Source: Promethearchaeota archaeon (GTDB taxonomy: Archaea > Asgardarchaeota > Lokiarchaeia > Sigyniarchaeales > SOKP01). Taken from it: DNA of 19,026 bases. Made by a program: the position numbers and the translations under genes. Where the stretch lies: NCBI GenBank assembly GCA_019057795.1, contig JAHLWS010000050.1, positions 1 to 19,026 on the forward strand, given 5' to 3'. Under the pieces are notes generated by a model, which was not told the origin of the DNA, did no database searches, and worked only from the letters and a program-made list of their open reading frames with translations. Positions 8,915 through 17,054 of this stretch are shown here, in pieces; within the stretch, counting starts at the first letter, position 1, and every line of letters begins with the position of its first letter.

Positions 8915-11083
8915 TTGCAACAATCTAAGCTTATGGAAAAATTTATAAAACTTAGCATTGATAGAATTAAGCTCTTTAATTTACCTATTAATGTAAAAGA
9001 TGAACAAATAGGTATAGCAATAAGTGTTAACTCAATAAAAGAAACTGAGAATGAAATTGTGATTGATATCTCATACCGGGATCAAGAATTAAATGAGGAA
9101 ACCAAACAAATAAATCTATCCTATAATAAAAATAAATTAAGTCCATATGATTATATACTTATTGGATGGATCTATATAGTATATTATTATTGTAAAAGTT
9201 TCACTGAAAAAGATGAGCATTATAAAAATACAGCAAAGGAATTTCTAATAAAATCAATTAAAAAAGGAGTTAATTCTTGTTTGCCACATTATTTACTTGC
9301 AGATTATCCGTTAAATTACATAGAAGGTATAAATCGTTTAGATAAGCTATATTTTGCCTTAGATGTTTATGATGACACCTTTCCTGATTTTTATTCTTTG
9401 GTGTATAAGGAAGACAAAAATAAAATTAGGGCTATAGGTTTATTAAAAAAAGGTTTAGAGAAATTTCCTACCAGTTTTATTTTAAATTATCACCTTTCAA
9501 ATTATCTAATCAGAAAAAAAGATTACAAGGAAGCTTTAAAATTTCTAAGAAAGATAAATTTAAAAGAATATGAAGATTATTATGGTCATAGATTTCTTGT
9601 ACATCTTTTTTATAACGTGTTTATGTGCAATATTAATCTTGGTGATTTTGATAAAGCAGAAAGAACCATAAAAGATAATGTTGTATTTAACAAATACGAG
9701 ATATCATTACTTAGGGGATTATTAGAACACCACAAGTCTGAATTTGAAGCTGCATCAAATTATTTTTTAGAATGTATTCAGAAAAATTTATCAATGTTAG
9801 TAAATTATTGCAGTTACTATTATCTTTTAGATTGTTATGTTAAATTAAAAAAATATGACCTATTAAATGATATATTAAGCGTTATTCCTGATGAGAAGAT
9901 AGATTATCTCGATTATTATTTAAATATGGTATTCCAAGATTTAGCAGAAAGTTGTTTAGAAGAAATTATTAAATTAGATATTGATGAAATGTCTATTGCA
10001 AGAGCAAAAGGTCTGTTAGCTCCAATAATTTTATATGAAAGATTGCCTAATTTTAATTATGAACCAAAAAGAATTCTTACAAAAAAAGAAAAAAATCTTT
10101 TAGAAAAAACAGAGTCACTAATTAAAGATACCCTAAATTTTTATCCAATTAATCAGTTTTTCCTAACAACTTTTTCAGATGTATTATTCCTTAAGGGTAA
10201 ATTTGATGAGTCTATGATTGTGAAGTTGAAAAGTTTGGAATGTAGGATTTATAACCAAGTTTCTGAAGCGTATACAAATATCTCTTTAGAAAACTGTACC
10301 GAAACATTTATAAAGAATTATAAAAACCGAATAGAAGAAATATTCTCTGAAAAGAAAAAATTAAAAGAAATTTATGTAAAAGAGCAACTTCCATTAGATA
10401 TAAAAGATTTATTTAGTATGAAAAGATATGATGTAATAAACAATTTATATTTTTACCTTAGAGAAGATATAGATTTTGACAATTCAGATTACCTTTTTGA
10501 GATTGCATATTCCTTAAAGGAGGAAGAATATGTTGATGAAGCAGAAATTATCTATAACAAGATTTTAGAAAGAGAACCCAAGAATACTTCAGTATTAAAC
10601 AACCTAGCTATAATATTTGAGAAAAAAGGAGAATTAGATAAAGCAATAGATTTAATAAAAACAGCAAAGGATTTAGATCAAAAAGACACTGTTATAATCA
10701 ATAATTTTAATAGAATTACAGGTCTGGTTAAACATAAGAAGGGAAAGAAAAGGAAAATAAATTTTGAAATAAAGCAAAAACCAAAATTACATTTTGACAC
10801 TGAAAAAAGTAGAATTTTTTATGGTAATAAATTTTGTGAAATTCCTATTAGTACTTATGAATATTATTTATGTAAGGCAATTTTTTCTAAACCATTAGGG
10901 ACTAAAATATCAGAAGAAGAGATTTTTGAGGTTTTGGATAGAGCTAAGCTAGTAGAAAGAAGTAGAACAATTTATGATACTTGCCTAAGGATTAATAAAA
11001 AAGTAGAAAGTAGTATAGGTTTAAAAAAAATACTAATAAATAGAGGCGCTATGATTTGGATTAGAGATGAATTTATAAAGTGA
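8915..11083 (+). CDS. TPR-repeat protein with C-terminal winged-helix (OmpR/PhoB-like) DNA-binding domain
   Basis: TPR motifs such as EAEIIYNKILEREPKNTSVLNNLAIIFEKKGELDKAIDLIKTA. C-terminal FD...IFYG..CEIP...YYLCKAIF...RTIYDTCLRINKKV. True start may be the ATG at 8933. Confidence 0.75.
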   Translation: MQQSKLMEKFIKLSIDRIKLFNLPINVKDEQIGIAISVNSIKETENEIVIDISYRDQELNEETKQINLSYNKNKLSPYDYILIGWIYIVYYYCKSFTEKDEHYKNTAKEFLIKSIKKGVNSCLPHYLLADYPLNYIEGINRLDKLYFALDVYDDTFPDFYSLVYKEDKNKIRAIGLLKKGLEKFPTSFILNYHLSNYLIRKKDYKEALKFLRKINLKEYEDYYGHRFLVHLFYNVFMCNINLGDFDKAERTIKDNVVFNKYEISLLRGLLEHHKSEFEAASNYFLECIQKNLSMLVNYCSYYYLLDCYVKLKKYDLLNDILSVIPDEKIDYLDYYLNMVFQDLAESCLEEIIKLDIDEMSIARAKGLLAPIILYERLPNFNYEPKRILTKKEKNLLEKTESLIKDTLNFYPINQFFLTTFSDVLFLKGKFDESMIVKLKSLECRIYNQVSEAYTNISLENCTETFIKNYKNRIEEIFSEKKKLKEIYVKEQLPLDIKDLFSMKRYDVINNLYFYLREDIDFDNSDYLFEIAYSLKEEEYVDEAEIIYNKILEREPKNTSVLNNLAIIFEKKGELDKAIDLIKTAKDLDQKDTVIINNFNRITGLVKHKKGKKRKINFEIKQKPKLHFDTEKSRIFYGNKFCEIPISTYEYYLCKAIFSKPLGTKISEEEIFEVLDRAKLVERSRTIYDTCLRINKKVESSIGLKKILINRGAMIWIRDEFIK

Positions 11084-11128
11084 CTCAATTGACTCACTAA
11101 CTAACTCAAAATATTCAAACTTGACTCA
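11081..11128 (+). repeat. Four direct T(G/A)ACTCA heptamers, operator- or iteron-like
   Basis: TGACTCA at 11081, 11090 and 11122; TAACTCA at 11102; inverted copy TGAGTTA at 11176. Confidence 0.65.
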
Positions 11129-11140
11129 CATTAAATAAAG

Positions 11141-11174
11141 ATAGACTCTTATAAAAAGAGTCTATTTTTATTTT
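11141..11174 (+). terminator. Perfect 10-bp hairpin followed by a T-rich tract; intrinsic terminator and/or Rep nick-site hairpin
   Basis: ATAGACTCTT-ATAAA-AAGAGTCTAT followed by TTTTATTTT. Confidence 0.6.
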
Positions 11175-11187
11175 ATGAGTTAAAGAT

Positions 11188-11352
11188 ATGGATCACAATA
11201 TATATCAAAAATTATATAAAAAAGAATTAAAGAAGGAAGAAAAATTTGAAATTGAAAATAATTTATTTGGATTTTTCGAGCTTCTTATTGAAATTAACAA
11301 GGAACTAGAGAAAGATGATAGACACAATAGTACTAACAATTCCAAAAAGTAA
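11188..11352 (+). CDS. 54-aa protein overlapping the rep start (not in the ORF track)
   Basis: MDHNIYQKLYKKELKKEEKFEIENNLFGFFELLIEINKELEKDDRHNSTNNSKK. The EIxxNLxGFFELL helix resembles small ORFs I recall upstream of island serine recombinases. Confidence 0.6.
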   Translation: MDHNIYQKLYKKELKKEEKFEIENNLFGFFELLIEINKELEKDDRHNSTNNSKK

Positions 11353-12469
11353 ATATACTATTATTAATTATGATAGATTTAGTCCTTCTACAAGAGGGCT
11401 TTTTGAAAGCCCCTACTATAATTTAGGTGCAAGGAATAATTTTTCATGTAAACAAAACCCAACTAAAAAAGATTTTTTAAGTGGAATATACAAACCCAGG
11501 TTAACTGTTACCAAAAGGGTAAGAAAAGGCGGTTATGTAACACCTTTAAGAATTGAATTTTCAATACCAAAGCTTATATTTTCAAACAATTTTGATGAGA
11601 TCCAAGAAAATGATTTTGAACTGGTTATAAAGAAATTAAAAGAAAGATTAAAGGATATGGAGATACTTATAAAAGAAAGCGACCTCACAAATGCCAACGT
11701 ATCATCAATTCATTTTTCAAAAAATATAGCTCTAACTGATTATTCAAGTTGTTCAATGGTTATAAATGACCTAGCAAAAATTAATTTAACCAAAAGGTTG
11801 GATTTAAATAAAACTTCTTTTAGAAATGGAGGTCAGGTTATTCATTATCACTCTAACTCATATGAAATTGCTATATATAATAAAATAAAAGACTTAGAGA
11901 AGGCAAAAATAAGTGAAAAGAGATCCATAGAAAAAGATAATATTATTCAAATAAACCTATTAGATAATTTAAATAAAAAAAAGCCATTTGAAGTTTTAAG
12001 AATAGAGGTTAGACTAAATGATAGAAATAAAATTAAAAGGCTCTTAAAACGCCTAAATATAGCCCTAGAATCTACTTTTGTAAACCTTTTTAACCAAGAT
12101 ATATCTGAAAGCATATTAACTTATTTCTGGGATGAAATTATAAAAAATACTCGCTTTTTATCTATAGATACCAGAGAACCATTTAAATTACTTGAAATAA
12201 TAATTAAAAATAATCCTAATATAAAAAACTCAAAAGCTTTGAAGTTACTTGCTTCCATTATTGTTATGCAAAATGCTGGAGCTAGAAATTTCAGAAATTT
12301 GATCAATAATAGCTCTAGAAACAACAGATTCTGGTATAGTCTCAAGAAAGAAATAAAACAACTAAGTTTACCTATGGATAGTAGATATAACTCTATTACT
12401 GAAATAAGTAAATTAATTAGAAGTTTTAAACCATTAAAGTTAAAATATCATCAATTAGAAAGAATCTAA
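11315..12469 (+). CDS. Phage/plasmid rolling-circle replication initiator, gene II/X (Phage_CRI / Rep_trans-like) family
   Basis: Motif order MIDT...IEFSIPKLIFSNNF...VSSIHFSKN...IAIYNKIKD...VLRIEVRL. Confidence 0.65.
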   Translation: MIDTIVLTIPKSKYTIINYDRFSPSTRGLFESPYYNLGARNNFSCKQNPTKKDFLSGIYKPRLTVTKRVRKGGYVTPLRIEFSIPKLIFSNNFDEIQENDFELVIKKLKERLKDMEILIKESDLTNANVSSIHFSKNIALTDYSSCSMVINDLAKINLTKRLDLNKTSFRNGGQVIHYHSNSYEIAIYNKIKDLEKAKISEKRSIEKDNIIQINLLDNLNKKKPFEVLRIEVRLNDRNKIKRLLKRLNIALESTFVNLFNQDISESILTYFWDEIIKNTRFLSIDTREPFKLLEIIIKNNPNIKNSKALKLLASIIVMQNAGARNFRNLINNSSRNNRFWYSLKKEIKQLSLPMDSRYNSITEISKLIRSFKPLKLKYHQLERI

Positions 12470-12480
12470 AAAGTAAATAT

Positions 12481-12759
12481 GGGAATATTAGAGCATTTTT
12501 TAAAAGAATATTGGATAATAAAAGTAAAATCACAGGATATATTGAAGAAAAGCATCCAAATATTAAATAATCAGACTTTATTGAAAACAGGGAACAAATA
12601 CAAAGATACATAGAAGCTTTTTCAAATTTTATTTTGGCTAATTAATAAAAGATCATATATATTAATGAAGAACAATTTTTCAATAGTATAAGTAAAGAAG
12701 TTTGTAATTATTATATTGTAGGCTATCAGGTTATAACTAAATGGTTTTAAGACAGAAGG
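12481..12759 (+). pseudogene. Collapsed Type ISP/IIG restriction-modification gene: nuclease N-terminal fragment joined to C-terminal specificity fragment
   Basis: KITGYIEEKHP..*SDFIENREQIQRYIEAFSNFILAN, then IYINEEQFFNSISKEVCNYYIVGYQVITKWF*DRR. These resemble the GYIEAK...EQLxRY...NLILTN and YIN..QYF...VW...IGGYQV..KWLKDRK motifs. Confidence 0.65.
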
Positions 12760-12766
12760 AGTAAAA

Positions 12767-14305
12767 ATGAAAGCAATAATACTTGCCAGAGTATCAACAA
12801 AAGAACAAAAAGAATTAGGTCATTCTTTACCTGCCCAAGTTATAAAACTTAAAGAATATGCACAAAAAAAAGGTTTTGAAGTTATAAAAGTATTTTCATT
12901 TTCTGAAACTGCTGGAAAAAAGATAAGAAAAAGATTTGAAGAGGTAAAAAAATATTTTAGGAAAAATAAGGATGTCAAAGTTCTTCTAGCTCAAAATGTG
13001 GATAGAGCAACAAGAAATTTTAGGGATGCAGTTGATTTAGATGATATGAGAATAAATGAAGGACTTGAAATACACTTTGTTCAAGATGGCTTTTATATTA
13101 ATGCTGAATCAACAGGAAGCCAGCTATTTATGTGGGAAGCAAAAGTATTTTTGGCAAAGCAATATATAAATAGATTATCTGATGATGTTAAAAGAAGCAT
13201 TGAGCAGAAAATTAGAAATGGTGAATGGACAAGCAAAGCACCAATAGGCTATTTAAATGTAAAAGATGAGATAACTGGCAAAAATACAATTATTTTAGAT
13301 AAAAAAAGATCATTTCTAATAAGAAAAGCTTTTGAAGAATATTCTACTGGCATTTACTCATTAAAAGAGATTACATCTAATTTAAAAAAATACGGACTAA
13401 GAGCAAACACAAAAAGTAATAAACCATTACATAAAAGTGCTGTTTATAAAATGATAAATAATCCTTTTTACTATGGTTATATGAGAATAAAGAATAAGCT
13501 ATACCCTCATAAATATGAGCCAATTATAACTAAATATCTATTTGATAAATGTCAAGAAGTAATTAATAGCTATTCTAAAAAACCATTTAAGTATTCTGCA
13601 AAACCATTCATATTTAGAGGTCTCATTAAATGTGCTTATTGTGGATGCACAATTAGCTCAGATAAAAAGAAGAACAAATATATTTACTTATCATGTTCGA
13701 AGTATAAAGGTAATTGCGACTCGATAAGAGTTAGAGAAGAAGTTATCCTAGAGCAAATAAAAGATATTTTTGAAAATATCCAAATCCCAAAAAGAATATT
13801 AGAAGATGTTAGAGAGTATCTAATTAAGACAAATGATTCTAAAAGGAAATTTCAAAAATGCGAAGAAAAACAAATACGCGAAGAATATAATAAAATTCAA
13901 AGAAAACTAGATAGATTACTTGATATGGAACTTAATGAGAGTATTACTCAAGATGAGTATGATAAAAAAGCCTATCAATTAAAGCAAAGACAATATGAAT
14001 TAAATGAAAGACAAAAACAATATATAGAAGCAGATGAAGAGTTCTCTTTTACGCTCATAAACCTTATGGAATTAGCCTCTAGAGCCTATGAATTATTTGA
14101 ATTTTCGAAAGTAGAACAAAAAAGAAAACTAATAAATTTCGTACTTTCGAACTTAAAATTAAAGGGTAAAACATTAGAATTTGAGCCTAGAAAACCCTTT
14201 AATGTCTTCATAAATCTTAAAAATGCTAAAAACCGTTCTGTTTGGCTGGGGAGAGAGGACTCGAACCTCTGCTTGTGGATCCAAAGTCCACCGTCCTACC
14301 ACTAG
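12767..14305 (+). CDS. Large serine recombinase (resolvase, recombinase, zinc ribbon and coiled-coil domains)
   Basis: ARVSTKEQ with catalytic Ser10, DRATRN, APIGY, NPFYYG, FRGLIKCAYCG...YLSC...C. RBS AAGGAG. Confidence 0.95.
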   Translation: MKAIILARVSTKEQKELGHSLPAQVIKLKEYAQKKGFEVIKVFSFSETAGKKIRKRFEEVKKYFRKNKDVKVLLAQNVDRATRNFRDAVDLDDMRINEGLEIHFVQDGFYINAESTGSQLFMWEAKVFLAKQYINRLSDDVKRSIEQKIRNGEWTSKAPIGYLNVKDEITGKNTIILDKKRSFLIRKAFEEYSTGIYSLKEITSNLKKYGLRANTKSNKPLHKSAVYKMINNPFYYGYMRIKNKLYPHKYEPIITKYLFDKCQEVINSYSKKPFKYSAKPFIFRGLIKCAYCGCTISSDKKKNKYIYLSCSKYKGNCDSIRVREEVILEQIKDIFENIQIPKRILEDVREYLIKTNDSKRKFQKCEEKQIREEYNKIQRKLDRLLDMELNESITQDEYDKKAYQLKQRQYELNERQKQYIEADEEFSFTLINLMELASRAYELFEFSKVEQKRKLINFVLSNLKLKGKTLEFEPRKPFNVFINLKNAKNRSVWLGREDSNLCLWIQSPPSYH

Positions 14306-14316
14306 ACGACTCCCCA
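14243..14316 (-). tRNA. tRNA-Gln (anticodon TTG), CCA encoded
   Basis: Reverse complement TGGGGAGTCGTCTAGTGGTAGGACGGTGGACTTTGGATCCACAAGCAGAGGTTCGAGTCCTCTCTCCCCAGCCA folds as a cloverleaf. Anticodon at 14284-14282, T-loop GGTTCGAGTCC. Confidence 0.97.
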
Positions 14317-14413
14317 ATAAGATTTAGATTAAATTATATTTATTTTTAATTTAGGATTTTTTATTGGGTAATTTTATATCTAAAGATAGTATATCAAAAA
14401 AAATTGAAATATT

Positions 14414-14575
14414 TTACTTTGTAAAAATCATATGTAAGGATATTAGAAATAAAGCAAACCCAAATAATTTTCTTAATATTTCACTTGATAATCCAATAGC
14501 TATCTTTGCATCAATTAAACCACTAATAGTACCTGATAATAATCCAATCAGTATATAAAGAATAATGTTAACCAT
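14414..14575 (-). pseudogene. TauE/SafE (TSUP) family membrane protein with an internal deletion
   Basis: AAGGAG RBS. MVNIILYILIGLLSGTISGLI joined to DAKIAIGLSSEILRKLFGFALFLISLHMIFTK. The family N- and C-termini are fused and the GIGGG region is missing. Confidence 0.6.
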
Positions 14576-14871
14576 ATTCTTTCTCCTTTAATTTTTAATT
14601 GAATTGCATTTCTTTAGATTAAAAAATGTATTACAGATTATACAACCTAATTAATATATGTCAAAAATTTTAAATTTTAAAGAATCACAAAGTCAATATG
14701 AAAAAGAGTTAATTATTTTCTGGATTAAGTATTAAGAAAATAATGATTTTTTGACTCCTAATGAATTCTTCTGAAGGTGTTATAAGTGAAGTTCATACTT
14801 GTAAATAAATTATTAAATAATTATGTATAATTAATCTAAAAAATGGGTGGTGAAATTTACTCAGCTGCACT

Positions 14872-15182
14872 TTTGAAAATTTATCAAATAGTTCAAAAAC
14901 TGGAAGAATGTACTTCAGAATTGAAGGAGTGCACGGTATTAGCTCGGTAGATGTTAAAAGTGGTAAAGGTGAAGCTAAATTAGGAGGGGGGCAAGCCTTG
15001 ATTGAGTGTTAATAGTAGAAGGCAGCTGTATGAAAGAAAGCACGTGGGAGCATAATATAAGACAACGACTAACCGATAAAATAGGTATAGCAGCATTTGC
15101 CACTACTCCTAAAGGGAAAATATGGATACACAAATTATATGATGAAAAGAGAAGTCTCTGCAGGCATTATTATGTGGTGTAG
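14872..15182 (+). pseudogene. Phage terminase large subunit ATPase fragment
   Basis: SSVDVKSG...GGGQ, frameshift, then LD*VLIVEGSCMKESTWEHNIRQRLTDKIGIAAFATTPKGKIW. Resembles the RG.GLD..hhDE Walker B, IRPxLxD and TPKG.NW motifs. Confidence 0.55.
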
Positions 15183-15211
15183 ACTAACTAACATGCCCCT
15201 GTGTCATACAG

Positions 15212-15355
15212 CAGCTAACATTCCTGGCGTTGGATTAGCCCTCTATGCACAGGCTGATAAGTAACTTCTGCACGCCAAGACACTCTATTAAAAATGTTTT
15301 TTACCCACTGATAAGGAGCGAGTTTGTGCGTCAGTTGTCAGCAGCTTGTTAAGGG
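15212..15355 (-). other. Degenerate or mosaic attC-like region
   Basis: Minus strand CCCTTAAC-aagctgctgacaactgacgc (attC-like left arm) and ggaatGTTAGCTG (R'-like). The arms pair poorly with each other. Confidence 0.35.
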
Positions 15356-15443
15356 AAGCAGTTGCATTCATTGTTCATGTTTGAGTGATCCTGACATTGA
15401 CAAGCTCATCTACAGCATATGTATTAGTAAGGCTGGTGGACTT

Positions 15444-15671
15444 TCACGGTTGCCAAGTGGGGCTACCATCAGACGCAGGGTTGTTCGTTAACCTAGTCTG
15501 TTGCGAGCCATCAGAATTCATTACGTAGATTTCAGCGTTGCCATCGCGTCCGGAGATGAAGGCAATACGACTTCTAATAGATGGTTTTTCTGGAACACAA
15601 CTAACTATTAAAATAATCGCAATCACCAACACCACGAAGAGTGTCAAAACTCTTAAATTTTTTGTGTTCAT
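15444..15671 (-). CDS. Short lipoprotein with one TolB/PD40-like repeat; first cassette of the left platform
   Basis: Signal peptide with lipobox IVSC, then [34 protein letters not shown]. Confidence 0.7.
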   Translation of the reverse strand: MNTKNLRVLTLFVVLVIAIILIVSCVPEKPSIRSRIAFISGRDGNAEIYVMNSDGSQQTRLTNNPASDGSPTWQP

Positions 15672-15763
15672 CTTTATTATGATTTATTATCTAATTTCTT
15701 GCGAAATAATTTGATTCCGACCTTTAAATATTTTACCTTTTTCAAGGTGAGGTTCGGAACTTC

Positions 15764-15791
15764 AAATAACTCGGTTTTATACGAAATGTTT
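15764..15791 (-). other. attI-like site of the left integron platform
   Basis: Minus strand aaacATTTCGTATAAA-ACCGA-GTTATTT. The crossover G (15770) is 115 bp from the relic integrase start. Confidence 0.7.
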
Positions 15792-15884
15792 TCTTTATAA
15801 CAACACTAACTTATATATTATACAGAATATATAAAAATTATCTTATAGTTTAAACTGTTTAAATTTTAACAAATCCATAAAATT

Positions 15885-15950
15885 ATATAAAATTATCTGA
15901 AACAAATCGAAATAGAGTTAAAACTTAGAAATTACAGCTTAAAAACTATC
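15885..15950 (+). pseudogene. 5' stub of an integron-type tyrosine integrase
   Basis: ATA TAA AAT TAT, translating as (I*)NYLKQIEIELKLRNYSLKTI. Homologous to QKQLNQTEKELRLRNYSPKTV of the relic at 16961. Confidence 0.7.
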
Positions 15951-16314
15951 GGAAAGGTGGAAGGGAGTTAAAACCATACTTTGTATATCAAAAATGCTCT
16001 ATAGGTAAGGTTCTATTTACATTTAATTCAACCTAAACCATAAAAGGCATAGAAAAATAAAGACAGGTAATCTAATATTAATCCAATGTGGGAGTTAAAC
16101 CCCACTCCCATAATTTAGCAATAACATTGTCTACCATAGTATATATTTTTAGTAAATATTTATATAAATACGTATACATTTCAGTAGTTTTGTATATATT
16201 TTTATATTGACAAAAAATAAAAAATTTATGTATCTGAGAGAGAGGTAAAAGTTATCTGATAATAACGCGATGGTGCAACCCTTTTAATAGTATGATATTA
16301 AAAACTATCATATT

Positions 16315-16342
16315 AAACATTTCATATAAAAATTAGTTAAGT
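16315..16342 (+). other. Orphan attI-like simple site
   Basis: aaacATTTCATATAAA-AATTA-GTTAAGT. Shares the upstream AAACA with the two integrase-linked sites. Confidence 0.55.
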
Positions 16343-16434
16343 AAAATTGCAGTTTTTTAACTAAAAGGGGAGATTATATAGAGATATAAAATTATTTTTT
16401 ATTAGAATGGTAACCAATATAGGGAGATGAAAAA

Positions 16435-16515
16435 ATGAAAAGTAAAAAAAAGAAAAAGTTAGATAGACTAAGACATAGAAAACGAGAAAAAAAGAAAAGA
16501 AAAGGTAAAAAATGA
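16435..16515 (+). CDS. 26-aa Lys/Arg-rich peptide
   Basis: MKSKKKKKLDRLRHRKREKKKRKGKK with GGGAG upstream. Confidence 0.3.
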   Translation: MKSKKKKKLDRLRHRKREKKKRKGKK

Positions 16516-16580
16516 ATAAAAAAATATTTATTTATTTTTATAAAAAGGGGTATAGGGGTATAAATACCTGTGGCTTTCAC

Positions 16581-16961
16581 TCCATAGGCTAGCGAAAGTA
16601 AAAGTTTATGTTTTGTGTTCTTAGTTGCCTTTATTACTTTTTCAATTTCGTTCCTTGAGAGAATGACCGGAAGTTTCTTTTTTCTCTTTGCAGACCGTAT
16701 ATCGATCTTTTGGTTTGTTTTTATAACATTGCGGTAGAAAAACTTTATTGCGTTTAAGAATAGATTGTGTGTTTGGGCAGAAGCACCATCTTTTTGTTTT
16801 TGAAGTAGAAAATCTTTAATGTTTTCAATATCCAAAACTTCAAGACGCCGCTTTTTAAAGTTAAAATATTCCTCGAGAGCGTAAAGATAGCTTTTAACTG
16901 TTTTAGGACTATAGTTGCGAAGCCTGAGTTCCTTTTCTGTTTGATTTAGTTGCTTTTGTAT
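16581..16961 (-). pseudogene. Truncated integron-type tyrosine integrase (SAM-like N-terminal domain; catalytic domain lost)
   Basis: The frame extends up to ATA at 16961: QKQLNQTEKELRLRNYSPKTVKSY...SAQTHNLFLNAIKFFY...KKLPVILSRNEI...KHKLLLSLAYG. It breaks just before the catalytic GLR. The rest of ORF 16392-16580 is read-through. Confidence 0.85.
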
Positions 16962-17054
16962 AATCGGAAAAAATTTGTTAAAGTTAAAACAACTATGTAA
17001 AATATTAGTTTAACAGATTTTTGTATAACACACAATTAAGACATAAAATTGCGA

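Larger units (their letters stand above)
8915..14305 (+). mobile_element. Integrative element at tRNA-Gln: TPR-wHTH, repeats and hairpin, small ORF, rolling-circle Rep, large serine recombinase (left boundary not located)
   Basis: Co-oriented regulator, Rep and recombinase genes that end at the 3' end of a tRNA. Confidence 0.7.

Noticed and set aside
11081-11128. CRISPR array
   Set aside because: The repeats are 7 bp with irregular short gaps, and no cas genes are present.
11315-14305. Filamentous prophage
   Set aside because: No Zot/pI ATPase, coat proteins or ssDNA-binding gene were seen near the gene II-like Rep.
16392-16580. Hydrophobic C-terminal tail of the 147-aa integrase ORF
   Set aside because: It is read-through into the antisense of an A-rich tract after the truncation point.
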